A stretch of 64,000 nucleotides of DNA from a virus (IMGVR_UViG_3300021400_001148:256001-320000); one strand, 5' to 3'; numbered from the stretch's first letter, positions 36,551 to 46,038 are shown. Program-made: numbers and translations. The notes: generated by a model not told the origin, from the sequence alone.

Positions 36551-38078
36551 TATGAAAAAGATGTTAAAAAAGATTTTCGCGGCCGCTACGATGGCTGTTT
36601 TCCTGATGGGATGCTCTAAAGTTGAGGGTCCACGCAATACTCAGGTCCCTGTAAATAGCAAGGGTGAATATGCTATTATGTTCACAAAGATGCCTACAAA
36701 GGCAAGTGTTGCTGCATGGTCAACATTTGGTGGCTATGACAAGTTCCAGCTTTTCACTTGGAATGAAGATGAGGCAATTATGAATCCTTTCAAGGTTGAA
36801 GGGGAAGGTAATGAATACAAGTATGAGGGTGTTGACGGCCAGTCACTCCAGTATTTCAAGAAGCAGTATGACACTTATAATTTCATTGGTATTATTCCTG
36901 AAGATGCACATGCTACCTTGACAGATACAACTGTTACTGTTACTGGTGTTGAGTCATTTGTAGTTGATGATAAGAGAGTTGAAACTGACATTGTTGCTGA
37001 TTCTCCAAAGGAATTTCTTTATGCACAGGCTACTGTTGAAAAAGTAAACTATGGTCATAATGTAACTCTTCCTTTCAAGCATGGTAATGCACTTTTGAAG
37101 TTGAGTTTCAAGTCTGACAAGAGTGATACTGAGCTTTTGGATTATGTCCCAGAAAGAACAACTCCTGGCTCAACAACTCCTAATAAGCAGGAAAGTATAT
37201 TGGCAGGAACTGGTTGGGCAAGAACATCTACTGCTGTTGGTACCGTTATAACACAGGATGACATTGATTATATTAATGGTTTATTCACTTATAATAGCGG
37301 TCTTACATTTACCTATGGTGATGGAGTAGAAATACCTAATACACAAGGATATATTACAGGTTATTTCCAAGAAGCTGAAGGAATTAAAGATTATTTAATT
37401 TCAAAATATCCAACTCTTGCAGGTTCATCTGATACATTTATGAATTCATTTGCTAATTTCTATCTTATTCATATTGAAAAAAATGGCAATGAAGTTTGTG
37501 GATGGTTCTATAATAAGAAAAAAGGTGCTACTTCATCAGTAACCACATATACTGAAACAACAACTCCTGGAGCAACAATTCCAGCTATTGAAGGTATTCG
37601 TGTATTCTCTGCTGACTCAACTACTACAGGACTTGTGCATATTGCACACACACTTAATGCAAAAGCTGTTGTAACCCCTGTTACATTTACTTGGGAAGAC
37701 AGAGTTGCTGCAACTGATTCTATTCAGTTCTCACTTCCTGCAACAACAGTACTTGCATCAGAACAGTGGTCACCTACTACATTCTATGCAATCCCTGGCG
37801 ATACTGATTTGAACTTCTTTGTTGTTAAGTTCAGTTACAAGTATGATGGCACAACAGTATATGATGTAAGAGTACCTCTTAAACTTCCTGTTGGCGGTCT
37901 TGCCGCCGGTAAGTACTATCATTATATCATCAATATCACTTCAACTGGTAATGGTACAAATGACCCGACTGAAGCAGAAGGCGATAAGGATGAGATTGAC
38001 ATTGTAGACAATCCTATTGTCGTTACTGTAAGCACAACAGATTACACAGAAGGTACTACTACAACAGTTACCATCTAA
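36543..38078 (+). CDS. Fimbrillin-family lipoprotein (type V pilin-like, probable stalk subunit)
   Basis: Lipobox LMG-C, TKA propeptide site, YNFIG..P, LYA, VTLPFKH, AGKYYHYIINI and a C-terminal IVVTVSTTDY...TVTI strand. Start may be 36552. Confidence 0.8.
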   Translation: MNNMKKMLKKIFAAATMAVFLMGCSKVEGPRNTQVPVNSKGEYAIMFTKMPTKASVAAWSTFGGYDKFQLFTWNEDEAIMNPFKVEGEGNEYKYEGVDGQSLQYFKKQYDTYNFIGIIPEDAHATLTDTTVTVTGVESFVVDDKRVETDIVADSPKEFLYAQATVEKVNYGHNVTLPFKHGNALLKLSFKSDKSDTELLDYVPERTTPGSTTPNKQESILAGTGWARTSTAVGTVITQDDIDYINGLFTYNSGLTFTYGDGVEIPNTQGYITGYFQEAEGIKDYLISKYPTLAGSSDTFMNSFANFYLIHIEKNGNEVCGWFYNKKKGATSSVTTYTETTTPGATIPAIEGIRVFSADSTTTGLVHIAHTLNAKAVVTPVTFTWEDRVAATDSIQFSLPATTVLASEQWSPTTFYAIPGDTDLNFFVVKFSYKYDGTTVYDVRVPLKLPVGGLAAGKYYHYIINITSTGNGTNDPTEAEGDKDEIDIVDNPIVVTVSTTDYTEGTTTTVTI

Positions 38079-38097
38079 AAATTACTCAAGTATGGAT

Positions 38098-38136
38098 AAA
38101 ATAAAGAGATGGAAAAAATTCATCTCTTTATTTTTT
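38098..38136 (+). terminator. Hairpin after the major pilin-like gene
   Basis: AAAATAAAGAGATG...CATCTCTTTATTTT, a 14-bp stem. Confidence 0.7.
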
Positions 38137-38165
38137 CTATATTGTATTAAATGTATGATTTAAAT

Positions 38166-38936
38166 ATGATTAAAAAAATTTTAGCATCAATCGTTATTGG
38201 TATCAGTTTATTGTGTTCATGCAGTAAACAAGAAGTTTATGAAAGTAAACAAGAATTGGTTAATGTAACATTAAACTATTCTTTGCAAGAAGGTAGTATG
38301 TACACTACTAAATCAGATATATTTCAAGATGTGTTTTATGCACAAATTATATCCAAGGATTTAGTTGCAGAACATTATAGTATCAAATTAGTAGAAACAA
38401 CAACCGGAGAAACATATTCTTTAGGAGGTAATTGGAAATCAAGTGATATGTTTACTCTTAAAACGGGCAAATATAAAGTAACAGGTAAAAGTACCGGGTA
38501 TGGTGCTTATATACAAAGTAAGTGTTCTTTAAAATTTGATACTGAAATAGAAATAAAAAGTTCTGATAGTATTGTTACGATTCCCGCACAATATGATTGC
38601 TTTTTACTCATCTTTAGTAAAGATAATGTTCGCAGTGTAGAGTGCTATTATGATAGTTCAAATGATAATACATATTCTTCATCTGAATCAGCCGGACAAT
38701 TTAATGTATTAGATAAATATTTTTATGCCTTCTCTAATAAATTATATAGAGATAATGCTAAAAATCCAGCATTAATGATAACATTAAATACCATGTATAA
38801 AAATGGTACCTATGACAGTTATAATAGAAGTTGGCTTTACACAAAAACAATTAATTTTGAAATAGGCAAATACTACTTATACAATCCAATTGATAATAAT
38901 TTCACAATACCTCAAATGGAGCAGGGAAATATTTAA
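38166..38936 (+). CDS. Lipoprotein, minor pilin-like
   Basis: MIKK..LLCS-C-SKQE lipobox, TKS site, L.TGKY.V and FEIGKYY. AT-rich. Confidence 0.65.
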   Translation: MIKKILASIVIGISLLCSCSKQEVYESKQELVNVTLNYSLQEGSMYTTKSDIFQDVFYAQIISKDLVAEHYSIKLVETTTGETYSLGGNWKSSDMFTLKTGKYKVTGKSTGYGAYIQSKCSLKFDTEIEIKSSDSIVTIPAQYDCFLLIFSKDNVRSVECYYDSSNDNTYSSSESAGQFNVLDKYFYAFSNKLYRDNAKNPALMITLNTMYKNGTYDSYNRSWLYTKTINFEIGKYYLYNPIDNNFTIPQMEQGNI

Positions 38937-38946
38937 TTAAACAAAT

Positions 38947-38972
38947 ATCCCCGGGGCGAAAACCTCGGGGAT
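38947..38972. terminator. Terminator hairpin between convergent genes
   Basis: ATCCCCGGGG-CGAAAA-CCTCGGGGAT. Confidence 0.75.
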
Positions 38973-38996
38973 TGTTGTTTATAAAAGTTTGAAAAA

Positions 38997-39539
38997 TTAC
39001 TTTTTGAGTTGTTCGTTGATTACTTCTTTCACTACTTTGTTGATAAGTGACTCGTTTACACCATGGAATTTATTGAACCTCTGGAATGCCGGCTTAATGG
39101 TTGTGTCGTAATCAGTGAACCTTTCTCTTGGGTCAATGTTGGGATATTCATCAAGGCCCGGTTCAAGAGAGTTATCATAGACAATGGGGTCATCAGCATC
39201 CATTCCGGGACGGTAGTGAATCTGGTTGTCGCCCTCAGTCGCATCAAGTGTGCGGAGGTCGCTGTGAACATGGAGGCGAGGGTCACCAAGTTCATCTTCA
39301 AGCCCCTGAGCAGCGTATTTCCTGAAATCATCTCTTTGTCTCTGTTTTCTGGCTTTAATATCAGCGAGTGGGCCTTCTGGTTTACGACCGAAATTTTTAG
39401 CCTTGTCATTAGCCACATCAGCAGCGTGCTTCATAAATTCAGGAGAGAGTTCATCAACTTCCTCTTTGAGAACCTTAAGGGCTGCCCTACTAACAAGGGC
39501 TTTAAGCATATTTTCATTAAGTTTGATACTCTTTGCCAT
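38997..39539 (-). CDS. Putative internal head protein with L-x-E tags at both ends
   Basis: MAKSIKLNENMLKALVSRAALKVLKEE ... GVNESLINKVVKEVINE. TATTTATA at 39557-39564 on the minus strand. Confidence 0.65.
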   Translation of the reverse strand: MAKSIKLNENMLKALVSRAALKVLKEEVDELSPEFMKHAADVANDKAKNFGRKPEGPLADIKARKQRQRDDFRKYAAQGLEDELGDPRLHVHSDLRTLDATEGDNQIHYRPGMDADDPIVYDNSLEPGLDEYPNIDPRERFTDYDTTIKPAFQRFNKFHGVNESLINKVVKEVINEQLKK

Positions 39540-39576
39540 AATCTGCAATATTTTATTATAAATAGTTGTTTTTTAG

Positions 39577-41175
39577 TTAAAATATGTTAATTTCGGGATA
39601 TCTTTCGCGGCTGTAAGGTACAAATCCTTCTTTATCATTCCAAATGTAAAAGATTTGTGAGGAATAGTCTCTGGTTCCACAAACGCTGGCGATATCTTCC
39701 GGCCGCTCTATTCGTTCTGCCTTATATGTAAAATTATATACATTAATCCTCACCTTTTCATCGCCAAAAAGATTGTTTTCCACAACATTTAAATCTGTTG
39801 AGGTGCAATCTTCGAAGAGGAACATACCACTCCAGTCATCATCAATGTTCCATTGGTCACAGGTACAGTTTGTTATGTTAAATGTAACTCCGGTTGCATT
39901 GGTGCAATTGGAAAATCTAAAACAATTGGACACTTGTGCAAAGTGGACATTATTTATATTGATGATAGCATCATTTTGTACCCCGTAAATTATAATTGGA
40001 ATATTTTCGAACCTGTTCCCAAACTCACAATTCTCTATGAGAATGTTCGCCGGCTGTTTTTGAAGCCCAATTTCAATGGCGTTGTAAGCAGTTCCGGTGG
40101 CCGGCGTGTTGAATTTGAGATGTTTCAGAGTGACATCCCCCGGAGTGTTGATTGACACGACGGTATTACCACCCTGCCTTCTTGGGAAATCTCCCTCAAA
40201 GTCTGTGGATTTCACGATAATATCCTCATTACCACTCAGTGCTATGCGAGCATTGTTTGTGATAGTACTATTTTTGATAGTGATAGTAGGAGCAGTGATT
40301 TTAGCGTTACTATTAATCGGGCCCGTTATGAGCAGGTCCTTGTCCGATGTTATGTTTCCGGTGACAGTAGTTTCATCAAGCCCCTTTACTATGAGGTTCT
40401 CTATTTTGTTTTCAGCAACCTTCAACCGTTCTGACAACATAGCGAAATCCGTTGAGGACGGGACTTCAGAGAGAAAATCCTCAACATATGATAGTCGTTT
40501 TTCATCCTCTTCCTGTCTTTCCAGAATGCTCGAAATTTCCTCTGTTATTCCAGAAATTTCAGCATCGACATAATCAATGAGAAAATCTGTCATCCCGGTC
40601 ATTCCCGAAACAATGGTGTCATAGACTTCACTCAGACCGGAAACAAACTCGTCATATGTCACAAATCCACTGACTCCGGATGTTATGTTTTCGAGGGTTT
40701 CAACTCTATCGACTAGGCCCTCGAACTCTTCGTTTGCAACTGTATCAGTTGTACCAAGATATATCCACGAACCGTCAGCAAAAACATATTTTTTATAGAA
40801 GACTTCTTCTTCAATGCTATATTCTACGAGGTAAAGTATATTTTCTTTTCCTTCATCCGGAAGTACATCTACATATTTTTTCGGACGGAAGAAAAGTTCA
40901 TTACAGTCGTCCTTAGTGTAGAAGTTCTCGTAGATTCTTTCCAAAATCTTTTCAGCAGTCTCACGGACATATTCTTTATCTGCTTTGGATGCTTCCAGAA
41001 TCCTGAGTATGTTTTGGGTATCACGGAGTATGGTCTGTATCTCCTTGATGCTTTTATCTTGGCGTTTATCTGTCTCCCCGTCTTTTTTGGATGCGGCTAT
41101 GAGGCTCTCGATTTTCTTCAAGAGTTCAGCACATTTCGATTCCAACGGGTCTATTTCTGTGTATTGTTTTAACAT
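39577..41175 (-). CDS. Fibre/spike-like protein: coiled coil plus C-terminal beta-helix
   Basis: Coiled coils, the fibre motif VDVLPDEGKENILYLV...YVF..GSWIYLG, and Asn/Ile-rich beta-helix rungs (ITIKNS, ILIENCEF, ININNV, FNITNC). Confidence 0.55.
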   Translation of the reverse strand: MLKQYTEIDPLESKCAELLKKIESLIAASKKDGETDKRQDKSIKEIQTILRDTQNILRILEASKADKEYVRETAEKILERIYENFYTKDDCNELFFRPKKYVDVLPDEGKENILYLVEYSIEEEVFYKKYVFADGSWIYLGTTDTVANEEFEGLVDRVETLENITSGVSGFVTYDEFVSGLSEVYDTIVSGMTGMTDFLIDYVDAEISGITEEISSILERQEEDEKRLSYVEDFLSEVPSSTDFAMLSERLKVAENKIENLIVKGLDETTVTGNITSDKDLLITGPINSNAKITAPTITIKNSTITNNARIALSGNEDIIVKSTDFEGDFPRRQGGNTVVSINTPGDVTLKHLKFNTPATGTAYNAIEIGLQKQPANILIENCEFGNRFENIPIIIYGVQNDAIININNVHFAQVSNCFRFSNCTNATGVTFNITNCTCDQWNIDDDWSGMFLFEDCTSTDLNVVENNLFGDEKVRINVYNFTYKAERIERPEDIASVCGTRDYSSQIFYIWNDKEGFVPYSRERYPEINIF

Positions 41176-42209
41176 TATGCTTTTTTAACTGTGTAAATTT
41201 TATGCTCGCCTTCTTCTGTCATTACCGTAGTGTACCCTTCTGCAAGAAAACTGGTGTTTGGGCCTTCTGCTGTATTGTTCCCGGGGTCAAAATCATAGAA
41301 CTTACCACCGGAGACAATGATTTTGGCATTACCGGCTTTGTAGTTAGCGTCTTTGCAGTTGAGAAGATAACGACTGTCGTTTCCATTGCTTTTGAAAATA
41401 CCGCCAGTGATGTAAATCGTTCCATTTTCACAGTAAATACACTCAGCCCCGTCGTTGTTTGAAAGATAGGTTGTAGTATTTCCGGTCAGGTGTACCTCGG
41501 ATGTGACGCTGGAACACCAAATAACTGGTGCCGGGGCAGTGCATTCAAAAGTACCCTTTCCGCCCATATTGAAAACTTTGCTACCACGGACGAGAACAGC
41601 GGGGAAAGAAGACCTTCCAAGTGTAAGATTATGCCCATTGAGATTGTATGTACTTGTACCCGTTGCGAAAATACCGTATCCGACATTGGTTCCCAGAGAC
41701 ACATCTTCAGTGAGTTTAATGGTTCCAGTTTTAAGCATATCACTCTTGAAGGTTTCCTCGGAAACTTCCCAAGTTGTTTTAGGGGACAGGTCAGCGACAA
41801 CGGCTTTAAGAGCAAGATAATCTTTGTTAAGGGCAGCGTACTTAGCCTCAAGGTTGCTGATAGTTGAAAGGAGTTCTTCTTTTGATGCAACAATACTACT
41901 TTCCGTTTCTTCAATTTTTTCATCCACTTCACTCTTATTATAGGTATTGGAGATAGAGGTGGTGTTTTCGTTTATAGCCTCAGTGTTTTCGTCAATGGAT
42001 TTGGTATTTTCAGCAATGTCTCTTGTGTTTTTGGCGATGTCCTTCGTGTTTTTCTTAATGTTTTCTTGGTTGGTCTTACTACGCTTGTCTACCTCTTCGT
42101 TGATTACCGAACTGGCAGAAATGTTGTCCATTATAACAGTTGAAAGACTTTCGATTGGTTCTGGCTTAAGAGAATACCTGTATCCGTTCAGAGGGTTTGA
42201 ATTTTCCAT
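41175..42209 (-). CDS. Fibre-like protein: heptad coiled coil plus beta-helix head
   Basis: Repeated I.(K/E)NT..I heptads, YNKSEVD, IKLTEDV, NLNGHNLT, ITGG.F, VSGGKF..FDP. TATTTATG at 42225-42232 supports a start at 42209. Confidence 0.6.
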   Translation of the reverse strand: MENSNPLNGYRYSLKPEPIESLSTVIMDNISASSVINEEVDKRSKTNQENIKKNTKDIAKNTRDIAENTKSIDENTEAINENTTSISNTYNKSEVDEKIEETESSIVASKEELLSTISNLEAKYAALNKDYLALKAVVADLSPKTTWEVSEETFKSDMLKTGTIKLTEDVSLGTNVGYGIFATGTSTYNLNGHNLTLGRSSFPAVLVRGSKVFNMGGKGTFECTAPAPVIWCSSVTSEVHLTGNTTTYLSNNDGAECIYCENGTIYITGGIFKSNGNDSRYLLNCKDANYKAGNAKIIVSGGKFYDFDPGNNTAEGPNTSFLAEGYTTVMTEEGEHKIYTVKKA

Positions 42210-42241
42210 AACTTTTTCTTTTAACATAAATATCACTCCTT

Positions 42242-42255
42242 TTTTGTATATTTGC
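42242..42255 (+). promoter_or_regulatory. Early/middle promoter TTTTGTATATTTGC
   Basis: 16 nt upstream of the exonuclease ATG. Confidence 0.75.
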
Positions 42256-42271
42256 TAAAAAATAAGACAAA

Positions 42272-43483
42272 ATGCCACAACCGGTAAGAAATAAAATAAA
42301 GGAAGTTCACGGAGAAAATCTGGGAAAAAAATCAATCTTCACGCTGCTTATTGACGGCAATTCACTTTTGAAAGTCTGTATGCGGGATGAGACAGTCAAC
42401 ACCAAAGGAGAGCATGTTGGCGGTATTTTCCAGTTTCTTGTTCAGTTGAAGAAACTTATGAACCAGCGCGACTGGGATTATGTATACAGTTTTTTCGATG
42501 ATACATACTCCGGACTGCTTAGGTATAGAATTTATCCCGAATACAAATCCAATCGTGATAAAAAGTATGCTGATTACGGAAAAGATGAGGGACTTTCAGA
42601 CTATATGAAGGCATACAATGCCAGACTGTCTTCTATGGTCAAACACTTGAAGAAAAAACAGTATGAAAAGGATGTAAAAGCAGGTAAAGAACTTTCTCAA
42701 AAAGAGGTGGAGGATGCTAATTTTGAAAGGGAAAGACAAAGGCTTTTGGAATATCTCAACGAACTGTATGTAAGATGGATTATGGATAGTGAAGGTACTG
42801 AGGCAGATGATTTGATAGCATATTATATCAAACACAAGAAGCCGGAGGAAAAGATTGTGATAGTCTCAACAGATATGGACCTCACCCAGCTTATTTCTGA
42901 TGATGTCTATATTTTCAATCCCCATCTGCATAAAAACATAACCTCGCTCAATTTCAAAAAAGAGTTTGGGTATCCTTATCAAAATGTGGTGACAAAGAAA
43001 ATACTGTGCGGCGATATTTCGGATAACATCAGTAACATTTCCCTTCTTAGTGAAAACAAACTTTTCGAGATAATGCCTGAAATGAAAGAAAGGCCGGTCA
43101 CTGTTGAGGAAGTTAAGGCAAGGGCTAAGGAACTTATAGATGCAAGAATTAGGGAAAAAAAGAAGCCGTTAAAGGTTTGTGAAAATATAGTGAATGGTGT
43201 CGGAAATAAAGAGTATAACGGTGACTATTACGAAATAAGCCGGAAACTTATAGACCTCAGTGAGCCTATGCTCACGCCGGCAGCAAAGGAGGAAATTGAC
43301 AATACTATGTATGCCCCGCAAGATTCGAGTGAAAGGTCTTTCAAAAATCTTTACAACATGATATTGGCAGACGGCATCGTGGGACTTAAAAATGAACAGC
43401 ACTTTTCATCGTTCTTTTCATCCTTCACCTCTTTTATCGGGAAAGAGGAACAGCGGTACAAAAATTATCTGAAAGGGCTTTAA
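42272..43483 (+). CDS. 5'-3' exonuclease / flap endonuclease (T4 RNase H, Pol I N-terminal type)
   Basis: LLIDGNSL, FD, R..IYPEYK.NR, EADDLIA, STDMDLTQL, GDISDNI. Confidence 0.92.
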   Translation: MPQPVRNKIKEVHGENLGKKSIFTLLIDGNSLLKVCMRDETVNTKGEHVGGIFQFLVQLKKLMNQRDWDYVYSFFDDTYSGLLRYRIYPEYKSNRDKKYADYGKDEGLSDYMKAYNARLSSMVKHLKKKQYEKDVKAGKELSQKEVEDANFERERQRLLEYLNELYVRWIMDSEGTEADDLIAYYIKHKKPEEKIVIVSTDMDLTQLISDDVYIFNPHLHKNITSLNFKKEFGYPYQNVVTKKILCGDISDNISNISLLSENKLFEIMPEMKERPVTVEEVKARAKELIDARIREKKKPLKVCENIVNGVGNKEYNGDYYEISRKLIDLSEPMLTPAAKEEIDNTMYAPQDSSERSFKNLYNMILADGIVGLKNEQHFSSFFSSFTSFIGKEEQRYKNYLKGL

Positions 43484-43495
43484 AAGTGAAAAACA

Positions 43496-43510
43496 TTTTG
43501 TATATTTGCA
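43496..43510 (+). promoter_or_regulatory. Early/middle promoter TTTTGTATATTTGCA
   Basis: Upstream of 43555 and the helicase. Confidence 0.75.
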
Positions 43511-43554
43511 AAGGGAAAAGAGGAACTTTTGTTTAACCTAACATTAATTTTTTA

Positions 43555-44367
43555 ATGAGAGAAACATTTGAAGCACCTCAGAAGAGAGAGGTGAAGAAAG
43601 AGAGGTTTGAGTTTGAACTCACCGTCAACGGCAATATCATTTGCCAAAGGTATTTTAGGATTAACAACTTCAAGGAGCAGTCGTTCTACTCGCTTGAATT
43701 CGTGGACGCGGTTGAGGAGTCAGTGAACCTCATTAAGGAGAGCCTTGTGGAGAAGTCTAAGATTTATATGGACCATATGGCACCAAGGATTTTCAAAAGC
43801 GAGGAAGAGCTCCGCAACTATATATACAATGCTGATGGCACAATAAATCAGCGGCATGCTGATGGCATTGGGTTCGGCCGGCATATTATTGTCAAGGGCA
43901 ATCCCGGGCATGATTATGTGTGGGCCGACAAACTGGTTGACGAAGGCCCGAGGAAACCGGAAGATTTTAACGAGTTCGTCGACAAGGACAATGAACAGGA
44001 TGTTGTCTTTAAGTTTGCTGTAATTGACAACGGTCCTAAACTTAACAAACGCCGCGAAGTCGCTTCCACTATCTGGGATGGAAGTCAGTATCCCCGTTTC
44101 GTAAGGAATGGCGTTGACCTTTCCAATGGTCGTGGAAAGTATGACAATTTTGACCTTTCCCGTGCGTCACACGAGATGAGTCTTTATTACTGGTGCAATG
44201 TTGGTCAGCCAGACCTCGTTCCGATTATCATCAGGAACATCTGTGAGGCCTGCTCCCTCAATGGAAAGGATGCTTATACCACAGAAATGGAGTACGGGGA
44301 CACGGTTTACAACAACCTTCCCGAATACCCCACTGAGAATGTGGAGTATCCTTACAAGAAAAACTAA
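43555..44367 (+). CDS. Hypothetical protein in the replication cluster
   Basis: 270-aa ORF between the exonuclease and helicase; FEFELTVNGNIICQRYF. Confidence 0.75.
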   Translation: MRETFEAPQKREVKKERFEFELTVNGNIICQRYFRINNFKEQSFYSLEFVDAVEESVNLIKESLVEKSKIYMDHMAPRIFKSEEELRNYIYNADGTINQRHADGIGFGRHIIVKGNPGHDYVWADKLVDEGPRKPEDFNEFVDKDNEQDVVFKFAVIDNGPKLNKRREVASTIWDGSQYPRFVRNGVDLSNGRGKYDNFDLSRASHEMSLYYWCNVGQPDLVPIIIRNICEACSLNGKDAYTTEMEYGDTVYNNLPEYPTENVEYPYKKN

Positions 44368-44389
44368 TCCTATTTAAATAAGGAAAAAC

Positions 44390-44419
44390 CCCAGACTGAT
44401 TACAGCCTGGGTGCTTTTT
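44390..44419 (+). terminator. Terminator-like hairpin
   Basis: CCCAGACTG-ATTA-CAGCCTGGG followed by TGCTTTTT. Confidence 0.55.
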
Positions 44420-44430
44420 AATACTTTTTA

Positions 44431-45888
44431 ATGGAGAAAATCAATAAAAATAACTTAAAGTTTCTAGGGGAAGAGTATCAGGAAAAACTGGTCAAGACCT
44501 TTATCGAAGACCCTAAATTCTTCGAGAAAATGGAGTCTATTGTTGACCAGAATATGTTCACTGAAGCACCGCTGAAGAACATAGTCAGGATAATGAAAAA
44601 CTACTTCGCAGAGAAGAGTGTTGCACCTGACTATGTGATGATAAATACCATTCTCGGAACCAATAATGTAGATGAAATATCTCTGCAGATAGAAAGGGAG
44701 CGACTTCAAAAAATCAAAACAGAGGTCAGCCTTTCAGGGTATGAGAAAGTGAAAGAAATCGCCGAGCGGTTCTTCAAGCAACAGAACATGATTAAGGTTG
44801 CGAACAAGGTCCTTAAAATAGCCGGCGACGGAGATATTGACCGTTTTGAGGAATGCAAGAACGAGTTCGAAAAAGTAGTTGAACTTACGGCAGACGATGA
44901 CCTTGGTGTGGACCCTCTCGGAAATCTTGATGAGACTCTTTCTTCTGAGAGCGTTGAGTTTGTTCCTACTGGAATCCCCGAACTTGATGCTGAACTCGGT
45001 GGTGGTCTTGACAAGGGAAAATTAGGCCTTGTCATTGGCCCTACGGGATTTGGTAAAACCACTATGATGACCGCGTTTGCTTACAACGCAGCCGTACAGG
45101 GTAAAAAGGTTCTGCAGATAATCTTCGAAGACGATATTATTGATATTCGTAGAAAATTCGCTTCGAGACTTTCTAGCACAGAGGCATTTATGATTAAGAC
45201 TGCAGCAGAACGCGGTGGTCTTACTGATGCCCAGAGGGCACAATTGCGAGCTACGATAGACGGGAGTCCCGAGCAGAAAATGCTTCGCGAAAACATCAGA
45301 ATCAAACGATTCCTCCCCGGCGGCGGAACAACTGCAACCGATATTATCAACCACATTAAAAAGGAGATTAACAGCGGTTTCATACCTGACATGGTGACAA
45401 TAGACTACTTTGAACCTATTGACCATGAGAGAGGGACTGGAAATCTTAGTGAGTGGTCGCAGGAAGGCGTGACAATGCGTAAACTTGAAGGCGCTGCCAA
45501 GGAACTCAATATAGCAATCTGGATTCCTTCACAGGGTGGGCGAGATAGTTTCGCTGCAGAACTTGTGACAATGTCAATGGGCGGTGGTTCCATCAAGAAG
45601 CAGCAGATTGCACAGGTTATTCTTTCAATCACCCGTTCTCTTAATGACCTCGCCAACGCAACTGCCACAATCACCCTTCTTAAGAACCGTGCTGGCCGTT
45701 CAGGAAAAACATTCTCCGGCATTTATTTCGATAACGGACAATGCGTTATCAGTTTTAGTGGTGTGAAGGTTTATGATGATTTAAAGGCTTACAAGAACGG
45801 GGAGAAGGATGCTGAGGCTGAGGCCACAAGGGAATATTCCACTGAATATTTCCATAGTCAGAAGGAGAATGATGACCCGTTTATATAG
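44431..45888 (+). CDS. Replicative DnaB-family helicase (T4 gp41-like)
   Basis: VPTGIPELD..LGGG, GPTGFGKTT, IIFED, IDYFE, W.PSQG.R, LKNR.G. Confidence 0.92.
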   Translation: MEKINKNNLKFLGEEYQEKLVKTFIEDPKFFEKMESIVDQNMFTEAPLKNIVRIMKNYFAEKSVAPDYVMINTILGTNNVDEISLQIERERLQKIKTEVSLSGYEKVKEIAERFFKQQNMIKVANKVLKIAGDGDIDRFEECKNEFEKVVELTADDDLGVDPLGNLDETLSSESVEFVPTGIPELDAELGGGLDKGKLGLVIGPTGFGKTTMMTAFAYNAAVQGKKVLQIIFEDDIIDIRRKFASRLSSTEAFMIKTAAERGGLTDAQRAQLRATIDGSPEQKMLRENIRIKRFLPGGGTTATDIINHIKKEINSGFIPDMVTIDYFEPIDHERGTGNLSEWSQEGVTMRKLEGAAKELNIAIWIPSQGGRDSFAAELVTMSMGGGSIKKQQIAQVILSITRSLNDLANATATITLLKNRAGRSGKTFSGIYFDNGQCVISFSGVKVYDDLKAYKNGEKDAEAEATREYSTEYFHSQKENDDPFI

Positions 45889-46038
45889 TAAAAAAATTTT
45901 TTGAATTGTAATGAGACGAGTGTCAGTTACTTGACACTTTTCTCGTTTTCATAAGTGGAAGTAAGGGTAGAAAACTTGTTCTTCTTTGGTATTTATGATT
46001 ACCTTTCGAAAGAACAATAAAGATAAAATATATACAAT

